Shown piece after piece: positions 20,189 to 30,104 of a stretch of DNA of 64,000 nt; position 1 is the first letter of the stretch, and the number at the start of each line of letters is the position of its first letter. This DNA comes from Bacilli bacterium (GTDB taxonomy: Bacteria; Bacillota_I; Bacilli_A; RFN20; UBA1709). Where the stretch lies: contig JBMNFL010000001.1 of the NCBI GenBank assembly GCA_050949315.1, positions 192,001 to 256,000 on the forward strand, in the 5' to 3' direction. The notes under the pieces were generated by a model that was not told the DNA's origin, searched no databases, and saw nothing but the letters and a program-made list of their open reading frames with translations. Both the position numbers and the translations under genes were made by a program.

Positions 20189-22591
20189 ATGGATATTAGT
20201 TTAAAATGGCTAAGTCAATATATTGATATCAGTGCTTATGAGCCCACTGATTTAGCTGAAAAGATTACCATCGCTGGGGTAGAAGTAGAACGCATAAAAT
20301 ATCTAGCTCAGGGCAGTAAACTGGTCATTGGGGAAGTTATAAGCTGTGAAAAACACCCAGATTCTGACCACCTACATGTTTGCCAAGTGGATATTGGGAG
20401 CGAGATTTTACAAATTGTCTGTGGGGCAGCTAATGTCAAAGCTAAACAAAAAGTTATCGTTAGTAAGGTTGGAGCTTATTTGCCGGCCGTTAATTTAACA
20501 ATAAAAAAAGGTAATATTCGCGGGGTTGAGTCTAATGGCATGATCTGTTCCTTATTAGAACTTGGTGTTGATAAGAAATTCTTAAATGAAGAACAAATTG
20601 CCGGTATTGAAGAACTTGATCCTTTAGCACCCGTAGGTAATGAGGATCCCTTAGGCTATCTAGGCCTTGATGATGTGATCTTTGAATTAAAACCCACCCC
20701 TAATCGTGGTGATGTGCTTTCGCTTCTATCTTTTGCCTATGAAGTGGGGGCTATCTTGGGTCTAAAAGTTAAGGATAAAATAGAGGTAAAATTACCAAAA
20801 CTAGCAAAAAGCTCATATACAGTAGGTCAAGGTAGTCCAAAATGCCCCTCTTTTGCCATCAAGGGTGTCAGTGGGGTAGTGATTAAAGAAAGTCCAAAGT
20901 GGTTACAGAATATTTTACGCAGTTCTGGCTTAAGATCGATCAATAATGTGGTGGATATCGGTAACTACGTCATGCTTTTGTTAGGTCAACCCCTACATAT
21001 GTACGATGCTAAAAAATTAGCCAGTAGACACTTTGTGGTGAAAGATAATCTTGCTGGTGATTTCTTAGCCTTAGATGAGCAAAAATATAAGTTAGAAGTC
21101 GGTGATTTAATTGTCACCAATGCTGATAGATTTAGTTGTCTTGCTGGCGTGATGGGGGCTTATGAAACCATGATTGATGAAAATACTACGGATTTAGCGA
21201 TTGAAGCCGCTTTATTTGATGGCATAAGTGTTCGCCGCACCAGTCAGCGTTTGCAACTAAACTCGGATTCCAGCACCTATTTTATTCGTGGTGTGGATGA
21301 GACTAGGGCCCTACTAGCTTTAGATCTTGCCGCCTCTTTACTAGTAGAATATGCTGAGGCTAAACTTGTTGAAGAGACGAGCAGTTATGCTGCAGTAGCC
21401 GTTACTAAGGAAGCGATAAAGTTAAGTGTAGAAAAGGTAAATAAGGTTTTAGGTACGAGCTTTACGGCTAGTGAAATTGCTTCGGTTTTTAAGCGTTTAA
21501 ATTTTGCTTATAAACTTGAGGCCTCAGTCTTCAGTGTTGTACCGCCTAATTATCGTAAAGATATCCAAATTGCCGAAGATTTGATTGAAGAAATCATTCG
21601 CTTACTGGGTTTTGAACACTTAAAAAGCACATATCCGGTTACCGAAAATGTGGGCTATTTAAGTATGGAGCAAAAAAAGCGCAGGCTTATTCGCGACTAT
21701 CTTTTAGCTCAGGGTTTAGATGAGGCCTTGTCTTATAGTCTAATTAGCCCTAAATATAGTGAAGACTTTGCGGTTTTAAGTGCTAGTAAGGGTGAAAGTG
21801 TTAAGTTGTTGCATCCCTTAACTGAGGAGCATTCTATAATGCGCAAAACACTAGTTCCTTCGCTTTTGTTAGCCAGTAACTATAATCACTATCACAAAGA
21901 AGATGATTTAGCTATCTTTGAACTTTCTAAAGTCTATAACAGTAAGGAAGAAGTTGAACATCTAGCCATCTTATTAAGTGGCAATATCACTAGTCTAAGT
22001 TGGCTTTCTTCTAAGCAAGAAAGTGTCAATTACTATCATCTTAAGGGTTTAGTAAGTGGCTTGTTAAAGAAGCTAGGTATTGAGCCAAGTCGCTATCAAC
22101 TCGTGCGGGTTAGTAAAGATGATCCTTATTATCATTTTGGAAGGGCGGCCCTAATTAAGACGGGTTCTAAAGTTTGGGGCGTCTTAGGTGAAGTACATCC
22201 GCGCATGCTTAAGAAATACGATGTTTTAAAGACGGTAGTTTGCGAACTTGATTTAAGCTATCTTTATCAGTTAAAGAGTTCACCTGTGCGCTTTGTTAGT
22301 CCAAGTCTTTATCCAGCAGTTGTGCGTGATATCGCCTTAGTGGTAGCTAAAAAGGTTGAGGCCCAACAACTGATTAAAATCGTGAAAAAGGCTGGTAAAA
22401 GCTTAGTTAACGCTTGCCAAGTCTTTGATGTTTACGAGGGCAAGCCGATGGCTGATAGCGATAAGTCTATCGCTTTAAGAATCACTTATCTTGATCAAAA
22501 TAAAACCCTAACTGATAGTGAGGTTAATGCTCTGCATGAAGAGGTATTAAAGGCCCTAGAAAAAGAGGCACAAGCTGTTCTTAGATCATAA
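20189..22591 (+). CDS. pheT: Phenylalanine-tRNA ligase beta subunit
   Basis: HPDSDHL, QIVCGAAN, PTPNRGD, INNVVDIGNY and a C-terminal FDX anticodon-binding domain. Confidence 0.98.
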   Translation: MDISLKWLSQYIDISAYEPTDLAEKITIAGVEVERIKYLAQGSKLVIGEVISCEKHPDSDHLHVCQVDIGSEILQIVCGAANVKAKQKVIVSKVGAYLPAVNLTIKKGNIRGVESNGMICSLLELGVDKKFLNEEQIAGIEELDPLAPVGNEDPLGYLGLDDVIFELKPTPNRGDVLSLLSFAYEVGAILGLKVKDKIEVKLPKLAKSSYTVGQGSPKCPSFAIKGVSGVVIKESPKWLQNILRSSGLRSINNVVDIGNYVMLLLGQPLHMYDAKKLASRHFVVKDNLAGDFLALDEQKYKLEVGDLIVTNADRFSCLAGVMGAYETMIDENTTDLAIEAALFDGISVRRTSQRLQLNSDSSTYFIRGVDETRALLALDLAASLLVEYAEAKLVEETSSYAAVAVTKEAIKLSVEKVNKVLGTSFTASEIASVFKRLNFAYKLEASVFSVVPPNYRKDIQIAEDLIEEIIRLLGFEHLKSTYPVTENVGYLSMEQKKRRLIRDYLLAQGLDEALSYSLISPKYSEDFAVLSASKGESVKLLHPLTEEHSIMRKTLVPSLLLASNYNHYHKEDDLAIFELSKVYNSKEEVEHLAILLSGNITSLSWLSSKQESVNYYHLKGLVSGLLKKLGIEPSRYQLVRVSKDDPYYHFGRAALIKTGSKVWGVLGEVHPRMLKKYDVLKTVVCELDLSYLYQLKSSPVRFVSPSLYPAVVRDIALVVAKKVEAQQLIKIVKKAGKSLVNACQVFDVYEGKPMADSDKSIALRITYLDQNKTLTDSEVNALHEEVLKALEKEAQAVLRS

Positions 22592-22620
22592 AAAAGCCAG
22601 GAATTAATCCTGGTTTTTTT
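22590..22620. terminator. Bidirectional terminator between pheT and jetC
   Basis: aaaaagccagga-attaa-tcctggtttttt. Confidence 0.75.
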
Positions 22621-25600
22621 AAGCTTGCATATCTTGAAATTCTTTGACGGTTGAGATGGTGTTGTTACGCACCACACAGAGAGTTTTATCGACCAAAGGC
22701 ACGATGTCAGGGATTTTATCGGGTGGGGCAGAAACAATGGCCTGAAGTCCAAAATTCCTCAATAATTTGATACTTTCTTGAATGCGCTCAGAGTCCATTT
22801 TAGAGAAGGCCTCATCAAAGATGATTAAACGAATGGAAGCATTGCGTTCATTTTTTAAATAGAGACGATAGGCCTGAGAAAAGGAGGCCAGAATCGAGAT
22901 ATAGAAGGGGGTTTGAGTTTCACCACCGGACTTGGTCAGTAAGGTTCTAGAAAGTCTTTGTGACTTACCATGGTTATTGGTGACGATCAAGTCAAATTTG
23001 AGATAGGAACGATAGTCGGTGAATTTTTCAATATTCCGTTCAAGCTCAACGCGAATATCGCTACCCAAAGAGGTATCCACGAAGGTGATCTGTCTAAAGA
23101 GGTCTTCAATAACATCTTCGTATTTTTCGGTAAAATCCTTGGCTTCAATATCTTGACCTGTTAGCAATAAGGGGTCATTAATCATCTCATAGTAAGCAAG
23201 ATATTCCCTACGCGGTGAAGCGACAAAACGATAGGAATCTTCTCCGAATTTAGCATGTTCAAGGGCATCATTTAAAGCTTCAATTTGCGAGATGACCGTA
23301 TCGAAGTTGGATTTGAGTTTAGCTAAGAAGTCATTGCGGAATTCTCTTAGGGCATTTTCTTTAGCCTCAATAATCTTGCCCCGATACTCTTTTAATTTGA
23401 TTTCGGCTAAATCGTGATATTCTTCCTCATAGGCTTTGTTATCATCACAACTGGGGTCGTAATTCAACTCATAGATGGTGTTATAACGGGTTCTAAGTTC
23501 ATCGATGTAGCGTTTTTGACCATCTAAGGTCTTAAGGATACTAGCGATTTCGGTAGTCAAAGTTTCGTACAGCGATTCAGGATTGCTATTGATCTGCAGG
23601 ATATCTAAGAAAGCAGGTTCTCCAACTGTTTGAATCCAGGTCTTATCAAAACTTTGATTGATTCTTTCTTTGAGTTCGTTCACCTGAGCTTTTTGGCTAG
23701 GTAGTTCTTCTTTGAGATAACGTTCAATTTGGGCATGACCACGGACAATCTCATTATTTAATTCGAGTTGTTCGCTTTCTAAATCAGCAATCTCTTTTGT
23801 GACCTTTTGAATGTTCTTTTCTAAGGTGTCTAGATAATTTGTTGACATCGATTCAACGATTTCTCTAGTGCCATCGGCTTCTTTAATTAGGCTTGGTAAA
23901 TCCTTGGTATCGTTAAGGACTTTAACCATAGTGCGGATTTCGTTGCTATTAAGGATTTCTAAACTAGTGAGTTTACCGAGGTATTTAACCTGATTATTTA
24001 CCTCTTGTAAACGAGCCTCTAGTTCTTTAATTTCTAAGTTCTTTTGGCGCAGTTGCTCCTTAGTTGAACCACTACCAATGCAGGGGATGACGCGGTTAAC
24101 ATTAAGGCGTCTTGCGACATAGTTTTGGTAGATCATACCATCCTTAGTGATGGAACGGGGATTAGAACGGAGTTTACCTATATCGTGACATTTAATTAGC
24201 GTACCTAGATGCATATTGATATAGGTCTTTGCTCCTTGATTACGGCAGGTTAATTCTTCGCTTAGGGAATTAGCTAAAGGTGCTTTGGCATTAGCGATGA
24301 CTTTTTCGGTATCGACAATACCATAGTCATAGTAAGGCAAGTCATCTTTAACTCTGTCATAGATTCTAATGGCATCATCAACATATTTAGGATCGACGAT
24401 TAAGTAGTAACGTTGATTGCCTAGATAGGCTTCAATCGCTAAGCGCCAACTTTCATCTTTAATATCTAAAAGGTCGGCGAGAATATCGACCGCAATCTTT
24501 GTTTTGTATTTGTTAAATAAAGCCTGTTCAATGATTTCTTTAAAACGCACAAGGCGTTCATCATATTGCTTCTTACCTGAAGATAAACTAACAATATCGG
24601 CCCGATTAGCACTTAATCTCTCGCTGATTTCTACGTTTTCATTGAGAATTTTGAATTGATAGGATTTTAACTGCCCTTGGAAGTCCATGAGCTCTTTGTA
24701 GACTTTTTGAATAATCGCTTCGCCTACGGTTTCGCCCGCCACTTCAAGCTTAAGACTGCGTAAAGTGCTTTGAACAGAGCGGGCTTGTTTAGCTAAGTCG
24801 CTATCAGCAAAGTCTTTACCAAGGTCATTTATCAGAGTATCAATGCCATAATTCCAGTTATCGGCATAGGAGATTAGGTTATTTTTAACCGAGGTAATTT
24901 GGACATTGAGTTCGCGAATTTTTAACTCCAAAGCCTCAAGTTTTTCTTCAAAGGCGGCTCGGCGCTTATAAACATCAGAGGCGAATTTTTCTTCAATTAA
25001 TTTTTCACGGGAGTTTCTAGCGTTTTTAAGTCCAACATTACACTTATCAAGAATTGCTTGAGTCTCTTCAATCTCGGTTTTAACATCGGCGATTTTAAGT
25101 TTGATCTTATCTTCTTGGGCTGCGGTGCGGTAGAGGTTACTGCGCTCAAGGATGTAGCGTTTAATCTCCACGCTTTTTTGTCTTTCTTTCCAAGTGTTGT
25201 ATTTCTCAATAATATCTTCAAGACTATTAACCCTTTTGACGAGTTCTTCGGTCTCGATTTCTAGTTTTTTATAATTGCGGAAGTTTTCCTGCATAGTGAC
25301 CACATTGATGTTATTTTCAACATCGCAGATATATTCGGTGATGAAGGTTTCAATGTTGGTGATAGGGGTAAAAGGAATGGACTTTTTAAACAAGTGAAAG
25401 AAGGTTGAGGGTAGATTACCTAAACGCATTCTTAAAAATTCTCGGTAAGAGGTGTTGGTAGGGAAGAAGGTGACATCACTATAATTATTTAAGAGGAAAA
25501 GGTTTAAGACCTTCATGTCCATGGGAATCTTACCTTCAATGAATCTATTCTCAGGTAAGGCGCCATTATAGTAGAAAAACTTACCATCATAGGAGTCATC

Positions 25601-25957
25601 TTCATAGGAGTCAAAGACAATGCCTAAAGTAAAGGTGTTATCTAAGGTGTCATCATAGAATTCACCGACGACATAAGAAGTGAAGCGGCCATTTCTTAAA
25701 TATAAGGCCCCACCATCTTCGGTATCGCCAAATTCGCAGCGTAGATAGCCCCTTAAGCTACGAGTAGACTTTTCGGAGGCGGACTTATTAAAGAAGTGAC
25801 CAGTTGTATCACCGAGCAAGAGGAGTTGCAAAGCATCAATAACGGTGGTCTTACCGGAAGCGTTTTTCCCAGTTAAGAAGTTCACCAAACCAAAATTTAA
25901 AACCTCATGGGTGAAATAATGCCAATTGGTTAAGAGTAATTTATTTAATTTCTTCAC
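22619..25957 (-). CDS. jetC: SMC-family ATPase, Wadjet JetC/MksB-like
   Basis: LLLTNWHYF, Walker A GKNASGKTT, long coiled coils, signature KSGGETQ, Walker B LIIFDEAFSKMD; likely GTG start at 25957 after AGGAGG. Confidence 0.85.
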   Translation of the reverse strand: MKKLNKLLLTNWHYFTHEVLNFGLVNFLTGKNASGKTTVIDALQLLLLGDTTGHFFNKSASEKSTRSLRGYLRCEFGDTEDGGALYLRNGRFTSYVVGEFYDDTLDNTFTLGIVFDSYEDDSYDGKFFYYNGALPENRFIEGKIPMDMKVLNLFLLNNYSDVTFFPTNTSYREFLRMRLGNLPSTFFHLFKKSIPFTPITNIETFITEYICDVENNINVVTMQENFRNYKKLEIETEELVKRVNSLEDIIEKYNTWKERQKSVEIKRYILERSNLYRTAAQEDKIKLKIADVKTEIEETQAILDKCNVGLKNARNSREKLIEEKFASDVYKRRAAFEEKLEALELKIRELNVQITSVKNNLISYADNWNYGIDTLINDLGKDFADSDLAKQARSVQSTLRSLKLEVAGETVGEAIIQKVYKELMDFQGQLKSYQFKILNENVEISERLSANRADIVSLSSGKKQYDERLVRFKEIIEQALFNKYKTKIAVDILADLLDIKDESWRLAIEAYLGNQRYYLIVDPKYVDDAIRIYDRVKDDLPYYDYGIVDTEKVIANAKAPLANSLSEELTCRNQGAKTYINMHLGTLIKCHDIGKLRSNPRSITKDGMIYQNYVARRLNVNRVIPCIGSGSTKEQLRQKNLEIKELEARLQEVNNQVKYLGKLTSLEILNSNEIRTMVKVLNDTKDLPSLIKEADGTREIVESMSTNYLDTLEKNIQKVTKEIADLESEQLELNNEIVRGHAQIERYLKEELPSQKAQVNELKERINQSFDKTWIQTVGEPAFLDILQINSNPESLYETLTTEIASILKTLDGQKRYIDELRTRYNTIYELNYDPSCDDNKAYEEEYHDLAEIKLKEYRGKIIEAKENALREFRNDFLAKLKSNFDTVISQIEALNDALEHAKFGEDSYRFVASPRREYLAYYEMINDPLLLTGQDIEAKDFTEKYEDVIEDLFRQITFVDTSLGSDIRVELERNIEKFTDYRSYLKFDLIVTNNHGKSQRLSRTLLTKSGGETQTPFYISILASFSQAYRLYLKNERNASIRLIIFDEAFSKMDSERIQESIKLLRNFGLQAIVSAPPDKIPDIVPLVDKTLCVVRNNTISTVKEFQDMQA

Positions 25958-26597
25958 TGTCTTCGTCCTCCTTTTCAAAGGCATAAGGATTATTTTCCGG
26001 CGCCACTTCTTTGAACATAACTTCATAAAGGGCGTTAATCTTATCGTTAGAGACCACTTTGATGATGGTTGGGTAGATTGTTATCAAACAGGTGGGATCC
26101 TCAATCTGGCCTTCTAAACGGGCGATGATGTTATGGCGGATTAAGGTTCTTAAGGTATCGGTAGTATCTTTAATCGTAGGTTTTTTAAGCAACAAGCGAT
26201 CCTCAAGCATGCGGTAAATGACATCGCTGACGCGAATAAATACGACGTTACGCGAGGCATTCTTTTCTTTTTCTTCGTCATAGATGATTCTTAAAGTCAA
26301 AAGGAGAGTAGTAGTGAATTTATCTACTTTTAAGATGTTGTATTCATAACGATTATTCAAAGAGATAATCCCAAAGGCATCATCCTTGACTAGGTTATAG
26401 CCAGCATAATCTAAATACTCACTGAAGAGTGGGAAATTGCGTTCTAAAAAGCGGTAATCAGCATTGATTTTACCAATACGATCACGATTTTCATAGATTT
26501 CCCGTAGCACATAACTCTTATTTAAAAGGTAATTGGCCACTTTTTTAAAGCGTTCTTGTTCAGCACCGGCTAAAAGTTCAAAATCTTGCATCCACAT
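25941..26597 (-). CDS. jetB: DUF4194 protein, Wadjet JetB/MksE-like kite subunit
   Basis: 218 aa lying between kleisin-like and SMC genes; FSEYLDYAGYNL, TTTLLLTLRIIYDE, ITIYPTI motifs. Confidence 0.75.
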   Translation of the reverse strand: MWMQDFELLAGAEQERFKKVANYLLNKSYVLREIYENRDRIGKINADYRFLERNFPLFSEYLDYAGYNLVKDDAFGIISLNNRYEYNILKVDKFTTTLLLTLRIIYDEEKEKNASRNVVFIRVSDVIYRMLEDRLLLKKPTIKDTTDTLRTLIRHNIIARLEGQIEDPTCLITIYPTIIKVVSNDKINALYEVMFKEVAPENNPYAFEKEDEDSEEIK

Positions 26598-26600
26598 AGC

Positions 26601-28016
26601 TTAATTAATCCTCCTTTTGCGAACAAAATCCAAATCGGGAACGGAGTAATGGTGGTTCATGATATTGCCATCCCGCAGTTCTAAGCGATAGAAAATACGC
26701 TCATCAAAGCCCCGAATAAAGGCATACATCAACATGATTAAAGCATGCAGACTATCGATGCGCATGTCTTTAGTGCTCAGTCGATCTATTTCATCCATCT
26801 GCTCATGCATATATTTAACAACGTTGTTAGTTGAGTATTCATCGCGGATACTGTCGACAAAGTCGCTTACTAAAACATTGGTTGTCTCTTCATCGATGTC
26901 CGGTAATTCTAAAATTTCTCCGCTGCCAAAATCGCGTTCGGCCTTGGCCCGATTAAAGAGTGAGGCATCTGTTAGGGTTGAGCTACTGCGTAAATTAAGA
27001 ATTTCTTGGAGCAGTTCTAAACTCTCAAAGGAGTTGTTGAATCTTTCTTTAGCAAATTGTTCGACAATTTTAGTTAATTTACCTTTGATAGATTTATCAC
27101 TTTTCAAAAGATAACTGATTTTTTCGGTCACCGTTTGCACATACTCATTATTGCGCTCATCAATGGAGTTTAAAAGACTTTGCAAGGAGATGAGCTTATC
27201 GGTGATGAAGTTAATTTTAGAGATGATTTCATCTCTGGCCTCTTCGCGGTCAGTAAAACGCTTTTGAAAGGCGGCTTGGGTGACAATGCTCTCCATAATA
27301 TCAGGACTCCTTAGCCAGCGGCTAAGAATGTTAATAATAGGTCCTTTAAAGCGACTGATAGAGTCTTTGGTTTTTAAGGGTAGGTAGATCTGTTTAATGA
27401 CATCTTTTTGATAGGAATCAAAGTGTTCCGATAGCATTTGGTTGACTGTTTTTAAATGGCCCATTCTGGTGTAATGCCTTTTTAAATCATTAAAAAGACC
27501 TTTAAGGGTGCTCTCAAATTTTTGAATTTTCTCATAGACGCTGGTGATGGCAATGAAACGATAATCCTTATATTCATCATCGGCCTTATCTAAAGCTGAG
27601 TACATTGAATACATAAAAGCATCGTACTCGGCGACTTCTTCGTTGGTTAAATTATAAAGTAAATCTAGCATCTTGATGGAATAGGGCGGCAGGGTGACGT
27701 ATTCTTGCAAGCGGCTACCACGGGCATATTCGGTATCAACCCAACCAGTTTCTTTAAAGCGTTTAACTAAAAAGCGGGCCATTGAGATGGTATCTTTACT
27801 GTTTTCTTCGCTATAACCCTCTTCGGCATTGACATCAATATCGAGAATGTTGGACTGCAGATTATTTGCTAAATGCGCGACCAGAACTTCTTTATCAAGC
27901 ATGACATCGTCGGCAAAGGATTTGCGCATCGATAATAAAGCGGCGGCATAAACTTCCCGATTTTTAGAGGTTAAAACACTAAATAAACTAGCGGGAATAA
28001 CGTCAAATAGTTCCAT
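26601..28016 (-). CDS. jetA: Wadjet JetA/MksF-like kleisin (DUF5716-like)
   Basis: MELFDVIPASLFSVLTSKNREVY N-terminus, RFKETGWVDTE, YLPLKTKDSISRFKGPI; first gene of the ABC operon; SD gaggagg before ATG 28016. Confidence 0.75.
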   Translation of the reverse strand: MELFDVIPASLFSVLTSKNREVYAAALLSMRKSFADDVMLDKEVLVAHLANNLQSNILDIDVNAEEGYSEENSKDTISMARFLVKRFKETGWVDTEYARGSRLQEYVTLPPYSIKMLDLLYNLTNEEVAEYDAFMYSMYSALDKADDEYKDYRFIAITSVYEKIQKFESTLKGLFNDLKRHYTRMGHLKTVNQMLSEHFDSYQKDVIKQIYLPLKTKDSISRFKGPIINILSRWLRSPDIMESIVTQAAFQKRFTDREEARDEIISKINFITDKLISLQSLLNSIDERNNEYVQTVTEKISYLLKSDKSIKGKLTKIVEQFAKERFNNSFESLELLQEILNLRSSSTLTDASLFNRAKAERDFGSGEILELPDIDEETTNVLVSDFVDSIRDEYSTNNVVKYMHEQMDEIDRLSTKDMRIDSLHALIMLMYAFIRGFDERIFYRLELRDGNIMNHHYSVPDLDFVRKRRIN

Positions 28017-28045
28017 AATAAGTGTCCTCCTCTCAACAACTACCA

Positions 28046-28075
28046 ATTATAGCATAACGAAAGAGGTTTTTGAAA
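28046..28075 (-). promoter_or_regulatory. Putative SigA promoter of jetABC
   Basis: Minus strand TTTCAA...TGcTATAAT (extended -10; TATAAT at 28051-28046). Confidence 0.55.
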
Positions 28076-28118
28076 GAAAAATCTTTCAAAAAACAAAAAA
28101 ACGCGCTGTGACACGCGT

Positions 28119-29249
28119 TTAAATCTTAACTGGGAAATTACGAAGTTCCTTTAATTGATAGTCATGTTTTTCTAAGCTACGCGAGCCTAAATAGTAGACT
28201 TCACTAGCGATTAATTCACTTAGTAGCAAGGGATTATCCTTGGCAGCAAAGCGAGTTAGGATATTAGCTTCAGTATCTTTACGAATGCTAGCTAGATATT
28301 TCCTGCCCTTAGGTGAAGAGCCGAGTAAACGAATATAGGGCGGTTTTTTTCTTAAGATGGCTTTAGCATCCTTTTTATCGGTGTTGAGCAAGATATGACA
28401 AATGGTCCTTTTAATTCGCGCTCCGCTATAGCGTTTAGAGGTACACATATTGATAAAATCTTCCATGTCCCTAGCTTTGACGATGTTCTTTTTAAAGAGA
28501 TTTTCAATGCCTTCATCAACCAGATGGATTTTTTCTAAATCCTTGGCTTTTGTGGTTACAATTTTGTATTTAAGAAGATTGAAATAATCATCTAAAAAGT
28601 GATGTTCATCAAAGAGCGAACGATTGACTTTTATGGCATTTCTTATCGCCATTGCTGAAGAATATTCGCCGGATCTTCCGATACTTTTTTCGTTATTGAT
28701 CCTCTGATAACAAAGGGGTTTAATTTTTAATTTATTTTGCGTAATTATTTTAAGATAACTATAACCTAAAATATCATTGGGGTTTTCTAAATAGAAGTCA
28801 TTAACGATACGGCTAGCCTCGGCTTTAGCCTTAGGATAACTATAGCCTTCTGCTAAATATTCTTGGATGATCTCATCCATGCGGGGCGAGACAAATTCTT
28901 TGTTTTCAAACTTCTGAAGGAAGGTTTCGGTATCGCCGGATTCCGTACCGAAAACCACGCAATCGGCCCCTAGATCTTCTAGCATGTGAAGAGCAGCTTT
29001 GGCATAAAGATCAGCGTTTTGAAGAGTATAAATGGTGGGGATCTCAATAACTAAATCGACCCCATTATCTAAAGCGGCTAGGGTGCGGCGCTCCTTATCC
29101 ATAATGGCCGGTTCTCCGCGTTGCACAAAATTTGGGGACATGGCTAGAATATAAATATCAGCTTGGCTTAACTCTTGGGCTTTTTCCAAGTATAAAACGT
29201 GACCATTGTGAAAAGGATTAAATTCAGCGACTAAACCACAAACTTTCAT
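28119..29249 (-). CDS. tmcAL: tRNA(Met) cytidine acetate ligase (YlbM family nucleotidyltransferase)
   Basis: AEFNPFHNGH, MSPNFVQRGEPAI, PNDILG; divergent from DUF177-rpmF as in Bacilli. Confidence 0.9.
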   Translation of the reverse strand: MKVCGLVAEFNPFHNGHVLYLEKAQELSQADIYILAMSPNFVQRGEPAIMDKERRTLAALDNGVDLVIEIPTIYTLQNADLYAKAALHMLEDLGADCVVFGTESGDTETFLQKFENKEFVSPRMDEIIQEYLAEGYSYPKAKAEASRIVNDFYLENPNDILGYSYLKIITQNKLKIKPLCYQRINNEKSIGRSGEYSSAMAIRNAIKVNRSLFDEHHFLDDYFNLLKYKIVTTKAKDLEKIHLVDEGIENLFKKNIVKARDMEDFINMCTSKRYSGARIKRTICHILLNTDKKDAKAILRKKPPYIRLLGSSPKGRKYLASIRKDTEANILTRFAAKDNPLLLSELIASEVYYLGSRSLEKHDYQLKELRNFPVKI

Positions 29250-29380
29250 TTTTCAAACCTCCACTTTATTATGTTACAATATTTGCGCCCCAAATAACAA
29301 TAAAAAGAGTGCTTTTCGTTGACTAATACCTTTCAACATATTAAAATAGCCATAGCGTTTTTTAGAAGGAGACGACTTTT

Positions 29381-29848
29381 ATGAAATGGACTAAGACCGA
29401 TTTGCTGCGTTTAAAAAGTTCGAGTTTTAGTTATCAAGAAAAACTTTCTATTGACGCGGCACTCTTTGATAAAGCCTTTACATTATTAGAACTTAAAGAT
29501 GTTCAGGTTGCAGGTAAGGCTAGTTATGATTCTCGTTCGGAGTGCTTAAGCCTTAATTTGACCATCACCGGCATTATGGTCTTGCCTTGTGCCCGTTGTT
29601 TGGAACCCGTGGATTATCCGTTTGAAACTAGTGAAATAGTTATCTATTCTTTTCAGGAAAGTAGCAATGATGAGTTTATCGTGGTCAAAGGCAGTGTAAT
29701 AGATACAACGGACTTTGTGCGAGAATGCATTATGCTTGCTATCCCAATACGGGTAATAAAAGAAGGCGTTAAGCCCATAACTGCTCCCGTTTCTGATGTT
29801 GACATCGATCAGCGTCTAGTTAAACTCAAAGATTATTTTAAAGATTAA
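29381..29848 (+). CDS. YceD/DUF177 family protein
   Basis: PCARCLEP motif, ends IDQRLVKLKDYF; directly upstream of rpmF. Confidence 0.9.
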   Translation: MKWTKTDLLRLKSSSFSYQEKLSIDAALFDKAFTLLELKDVQVAGKASYDSRSECLSLNLTITGIMVLPCARCLEPVDYPFETSEIVIYSFQESSNDEFIVVKGSVIDTTDFVRECIMLAIPIRVIKEGVKPITAPVSDVDIDQRLVKLKDYFKD

Positions 29849-29863
29849 ATAGGAGGTGTCATT

Positions 29864-30055
29864 ATGGCCGTACCAACCCACAAAACATCCAAGACTAGGA
29901 AAGCTTTACGTCGTAGTCATATGAGTTTGACTGCCGCCACTTTGGTTACTTGTCCCAATTGTGGTAAGGAAATTAAACCCCACCGTGTTTGTCCAAACTG
30001 TGGTTACTATGATGGTAAGAAAGTTAAAGAAATTAAAGTAAAAGAAGAAAAATAA
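29864..30055 (+). CDS. rpmF: 50S ribosomal protein L32
   Basis: MAVPTHKTSKTRK...CPNCG..PHRVCPNCGYYDGK. Confidence 0.97.
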   Translation: MAVPTHKTSKTRKALRRSHMSLTAATLVTCPNCGKEIKPHRVCPNCGYYDGKKVKEIKVKEEK

Positions 30056-30083
30056 AAAAATGAGGGGGTTACCTCATTTTTTT
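30054..30083. terminator. Bidirectional terminator after rpmF
   Basis: aaaaaaatgagg-ggtta-cctcattttttt. Confidence 0.8.
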
Positions 30084-30104
30084 GTTGACATAATATAAGT
30101 TTTT

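Noticed and set aside
28119-29249. Nucleotidyltransferase upstream of jetA as a possible novel Wadjet partner
   Set aside because: It is the housekeeping TmcAL/YlbM in its usual position opposite DUF177-rpmF, separated from jetA by a hairpin and a separate promoter.
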